A DNA stretch of 64,000 bases from an uncultured Gemmatimonadales bacterium. Lineage in GTDB: Bacteria > Gemmatimonadota > Gemmatimonadetes > Gemmatimonadales > GWC2-71-9. Shown here piece by piece: positions 62,143 through 64,000 of the stretch. Location: the NCBI GenBank assembly GCA_963729985.1, contig CAVSPJ010000002.1:394015-458014 (forward strand). The letters run 5' to 3'. Each line of letters starts with the position of its first letter. Positions within the stretch are counted from its first letter, which is position 1. The notes beneath the pieces were generated by a model. It ran no database searches, had not been told where the DNA came from, and saw only the letters and a program-made list of their open reading frames with translations. A program made the position numbers and the translations under genes.

Positions 62143-62198
62143 TTGACGCTTCCCGCCCGGGCGGTACATTCGGTGGAGATACCGAACAAAAACCGAAC
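62143..62198 (+). promoter_or_regulatory. Promoter + operator, site D (SOS-like box) upstream of dnaE2
   Basis: TTGACG (62143-62148), 16 nt, TACATT (62165-62170), 9 nt, then TACCGAACAAAAACCGAAC (62180-62198). The GTG start is at 62213. Confidence 0.65.
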
Positions 62199-62212
62199 CA
62201 CGGCGCCGCGGC

Positions 62213-64000
62213 GTGACCCACCTGCATCTCCACACCCACTTCTCTTTCGGCCTCGGCGTGTCGAGCCCGGACGCCCTCGCCATCGCCGCCGCGGAGCGGG
62301 GGCAGCAGGCCCTCGCCTGCACCGACACCAACGGCGTCTATGGCGCCATCGAGTTCCAGCGCGCCTGCGATGCCGCCGGCGTGCGCCCGATCCTCGGCGC
62401 GCATCTGGTCACCGAGGACGAAGAGACCGTCGCGCTGGCGAAAGACGAACAGGGGTGGGGAGCGCTGTGCCGGGCGATCTCGGCGGTTCATTGGAGCCAC
62501 GGCGGGACGGCGGAACGGCGGAACGGCGGAACGGCGGAACGCTCCGACCCCCGGCGACTCTCCGCCCATATGGCCGCCGATCGCGCCGGACTCATCCTCC
62601 TCTCCCGCGACGTCGTCTTTCTCGAGCGGGTAGCTGTCGCGAGCGGGACGGAGGACCTCTACGCCGAGCTGATCACCGGCAAGGAGCGCCATGCCGTCCT
62701 CGCCGCCGCGCGGCGCCTCGGCCTCCCTGCCGCCGTGACCAACGCGGCGGTGATGGCGCATCCCGAGGATTGGGCGCGGCACCGTCTGGTCCGAGCGATC
62801 CACTTGAACACCACGTTCTCCCAGTTGGAGGATGGAACGCCAGACGGGCGGACGGGCGGACGGACGGAACATTCCGCCCGCCCGCCCGTCCGCCCGTCCG
62901 CCCCCCGCGACGCATGGCTCCGCCCCTCCGCCGACCTCGTCCGTCTCTTCCCCGACTGCCCCGAGGCGGTGCACCAGACCGAGGCGATCGCGGAGCGCTG
63001 CACCTACCGGATTCCCGACGGCCGGGTGGTGGCACCGCGGCTCGCCGAGCCCGACGAGTCCTTCCGCCGCCTTCGGGCCTACGCCTACGCCGGCGCCGAG
63101 CGGCGCTACGGCATCGTCGCGCCGGTCACCCGCGACCGGCTGGAGCACGAGCTTTGCATCATCGGCCAGAAGGGATTCGCCGACTACTTCCTGGTGGTGA
63201 AGGACATCGTGGAGCACGGCCCCACCCACTGCGGACGCGGCTCGGTGGCCAACTCCATCGTGAGCTACTGCCTCGGCATCACCCACGTCGAGCCGCTCGG
63301 CGCCGGGCTCCTCTTCGAGCGCTTCCTCAACCCCGAGCGGAAGGATCCGCCCGACATCGATCTCGATTTTCCCTGGGACGAGCGGGACAACGTCCTGGCC
63401 TACGTCTTCCGGACCTATCCCCGCCCTCAGGCGGCGATGGTCGCCAACCACAACTGCTTCCGGCTCCGGGGCGCGCTGCGCGAGGTGGCCAAGGTGTATG
63501 GGCGCCCCGCGGGCGAGATCCGCGAGGTCACCCGCCGCATCCCCGGGTACGAAGACCAGCCGCTGGAGGAGGTGCTCGCCTCCCACCCCAACTTCCGCGA
63601 GCTCGAGCTCCCGCCGAGCTGGGGCGAGTTCGCCCGCATGGCGGCGCCGCTGGTGGGGATGCCGCGCCATCTCTCGGTCCATCCCGGCGGCGTCGTCATC
63701 GTTCCGACCGCGCTCACCGACTACGTGCCGATCGAGCCGGCGGTGAAAGCGCTGGCGGACCATCCGGATCTCACCGTCCCCGTGATCCAGTTCGAGAAGG
63801 ACGGGGCCGAGGACGCTGGCCTGGTGAAGATCGACCTCCTCGGCAACCGCTCGCTCGCGGTGATCCGGGACGCGATCGCCGCGGTGCACGGCCACACCGG
63901 CCGCCTGATCGATTACACCTCGTCCGACGCCGGCGAGGACCCGGCCACCCGGGCGCTCTTCCGCACCGGCCGCACGATGGGCGTGTTCTACACCGAGTCA
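62213..64000 (+). CDS. dnaE2: Error-prone DNA polymerase III alpha-like subunit DnaE2, 3' end outside the window
   Basis: (V)THLHLHTHFSFGLGVSSPDAL... is the PHP domain. ...GFADYFLVVKDIVEHGPTHCGRGSVANSIVSYCLGIT...FERFLNPERKDPPDIDLDF...HPGGVVI... are Pol III alpha blocks. The frame is open to nt 64000. Confidence 0.9.
   Translation, partial: MTHLHLHTHFSFGLGVSSPDALAIAAAERGQQALACTDTNGVYGAIEFQRACDAAGVRPILGAHLVTEDEETVALAKDEQGWGALCRAISAVHWSHGGTAERRNGGTAERSDPRRLSAHMAADRAGLILLSRDVVFLERVAVASGTEDLYAELITGKERHAVLAAARRLGLPAAVTNAAVMAHPEDWARHRLVRAIHLNTTFSQLEDGTPDGRTGGRTEHSARPPVRPSAPRDAWLRPSADLVRLFPDCPEAVHQTEAIAERCTYRIPDGRVVAPRLAEPDESFRRLRAYAYAGAERRYGIVAPVTRDRLEHELCIIGQKGFADYFLVVKDIVEHGPTHCGRGSVANSIVSYCLGITHVEPLGAGLLFERFLNPERKDPPDIDLDFPWDERDNVLAYVFRTYPRPQAAMVANHNCFRLRGALREVAKVYGRPAGEIREVTRRIPGYEDQPLEEVLASHPNFRELELPPSWGEFARMAAPLVGMPRHLSVHPGGVVIVPTALTDYVPIEPAVKALADHPDLTVPVIQFEKDGAEDAGLVKIDLLGNRSLAVIRDAIAAVHGHTGRLIDYTSSDAGEDPATRALFRTGRTMGVFYTES
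62499..62538 (+). repeat. Tandem octamer repeat (ACGGCGGR)x5 inside dnaE2
   Basis: ACGGCGGG ACGGCGGA ACGGCGGA ACGGCGGA ACGGCGGA, read directly from the sequence. It encodes ...HGGTAERRNGGTAER.... Confidence 0.9.
62843..62898. repeat. GC-rich imperfect palindrome built from GGAC/GGGC tetramers inside dnaE2
   Basis: GACGGGCGGACGGGCGGACGGACGGAA-ca-TTCCGCCCGCCCGTCCGCCCGTCCGCC. About 27 paired positions with periodic A:C mismatches. Confidence 0.85.

Noticed and set aside
61463-63895. 810-aa minus-strand ORF
   Set aside because: It is antisense to dnaE2 and the end of the RCC1 gene, is shadow-like, and has no motifs.

Overview
This is a high-GC (roughly 68-70%) bacterial chromosomal window, densely coded on both strands. 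The gene content (STK-TPR kinase, RCC1 lipoprotein, DUF4397, caa3 oxidase) suggests a Gemmatimonadota/Acidobacteria-like organism, but that is only an inference. I recognised no rRNA, tRNA, CRISPR array, transposase or phage gene. About 60 genes are supported. They include a 5'-truncated M16 peptidase, OsmC, a GntR + class-V aminotransferase pair, and the conserved tesA / ybbA-ybbP-like divergent unit. Also present are FabI, a hybrid histidine kinase, a beta-oxidation-like operon and a TetR-MFP-RND-OMF efflux operon. Respiratory genes include a caa3-type cytochrome oxidase cluster (ctaC-D-E-coxIV-ctaG) and an sdhC-A-B operon with two extra coupled genes. The 3' third holds several DNA-damage genes: a SplB-like radical SAM protein, an ImuB-like inactive Y-family polymerase, alkA, tag and dnaE2 (runs off the 3' edge). 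Main hunt results: (1) Four promoters share the architecture TTGAC(G/C)-N16/17-(T/C)A(T/C)ATT followed by an operator TACCGAA-N6-CCGAA (CGAA-N7-CGAA, 11-nt period). They sit exactly in front of the DNA-damage genes, which makes this a candidate SOS/LexA-type regulon signature. (2) An unlisted 59-codon zinc-ribbon ORF lies between one of these operators and the radical SAM gene and is translationally coupled to it. (3) Between 31.9 and 42.1 kb, at least nine +1 frame disruptions affect five otherwise recognisable genes (pepP, a conserved hypothetical, a lysophospholipase-like hydrolase, cls, a YCII remnant). None was seen in the other ~54 kb. (4) Three genes have conserved N-termini upstream of any ATG/GTG/TTG. 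(5) GC-rich octamer and palindromic repeats lie inside dnaE2. Many long ORFs in the track are high-GC shadow frames and were rejected.
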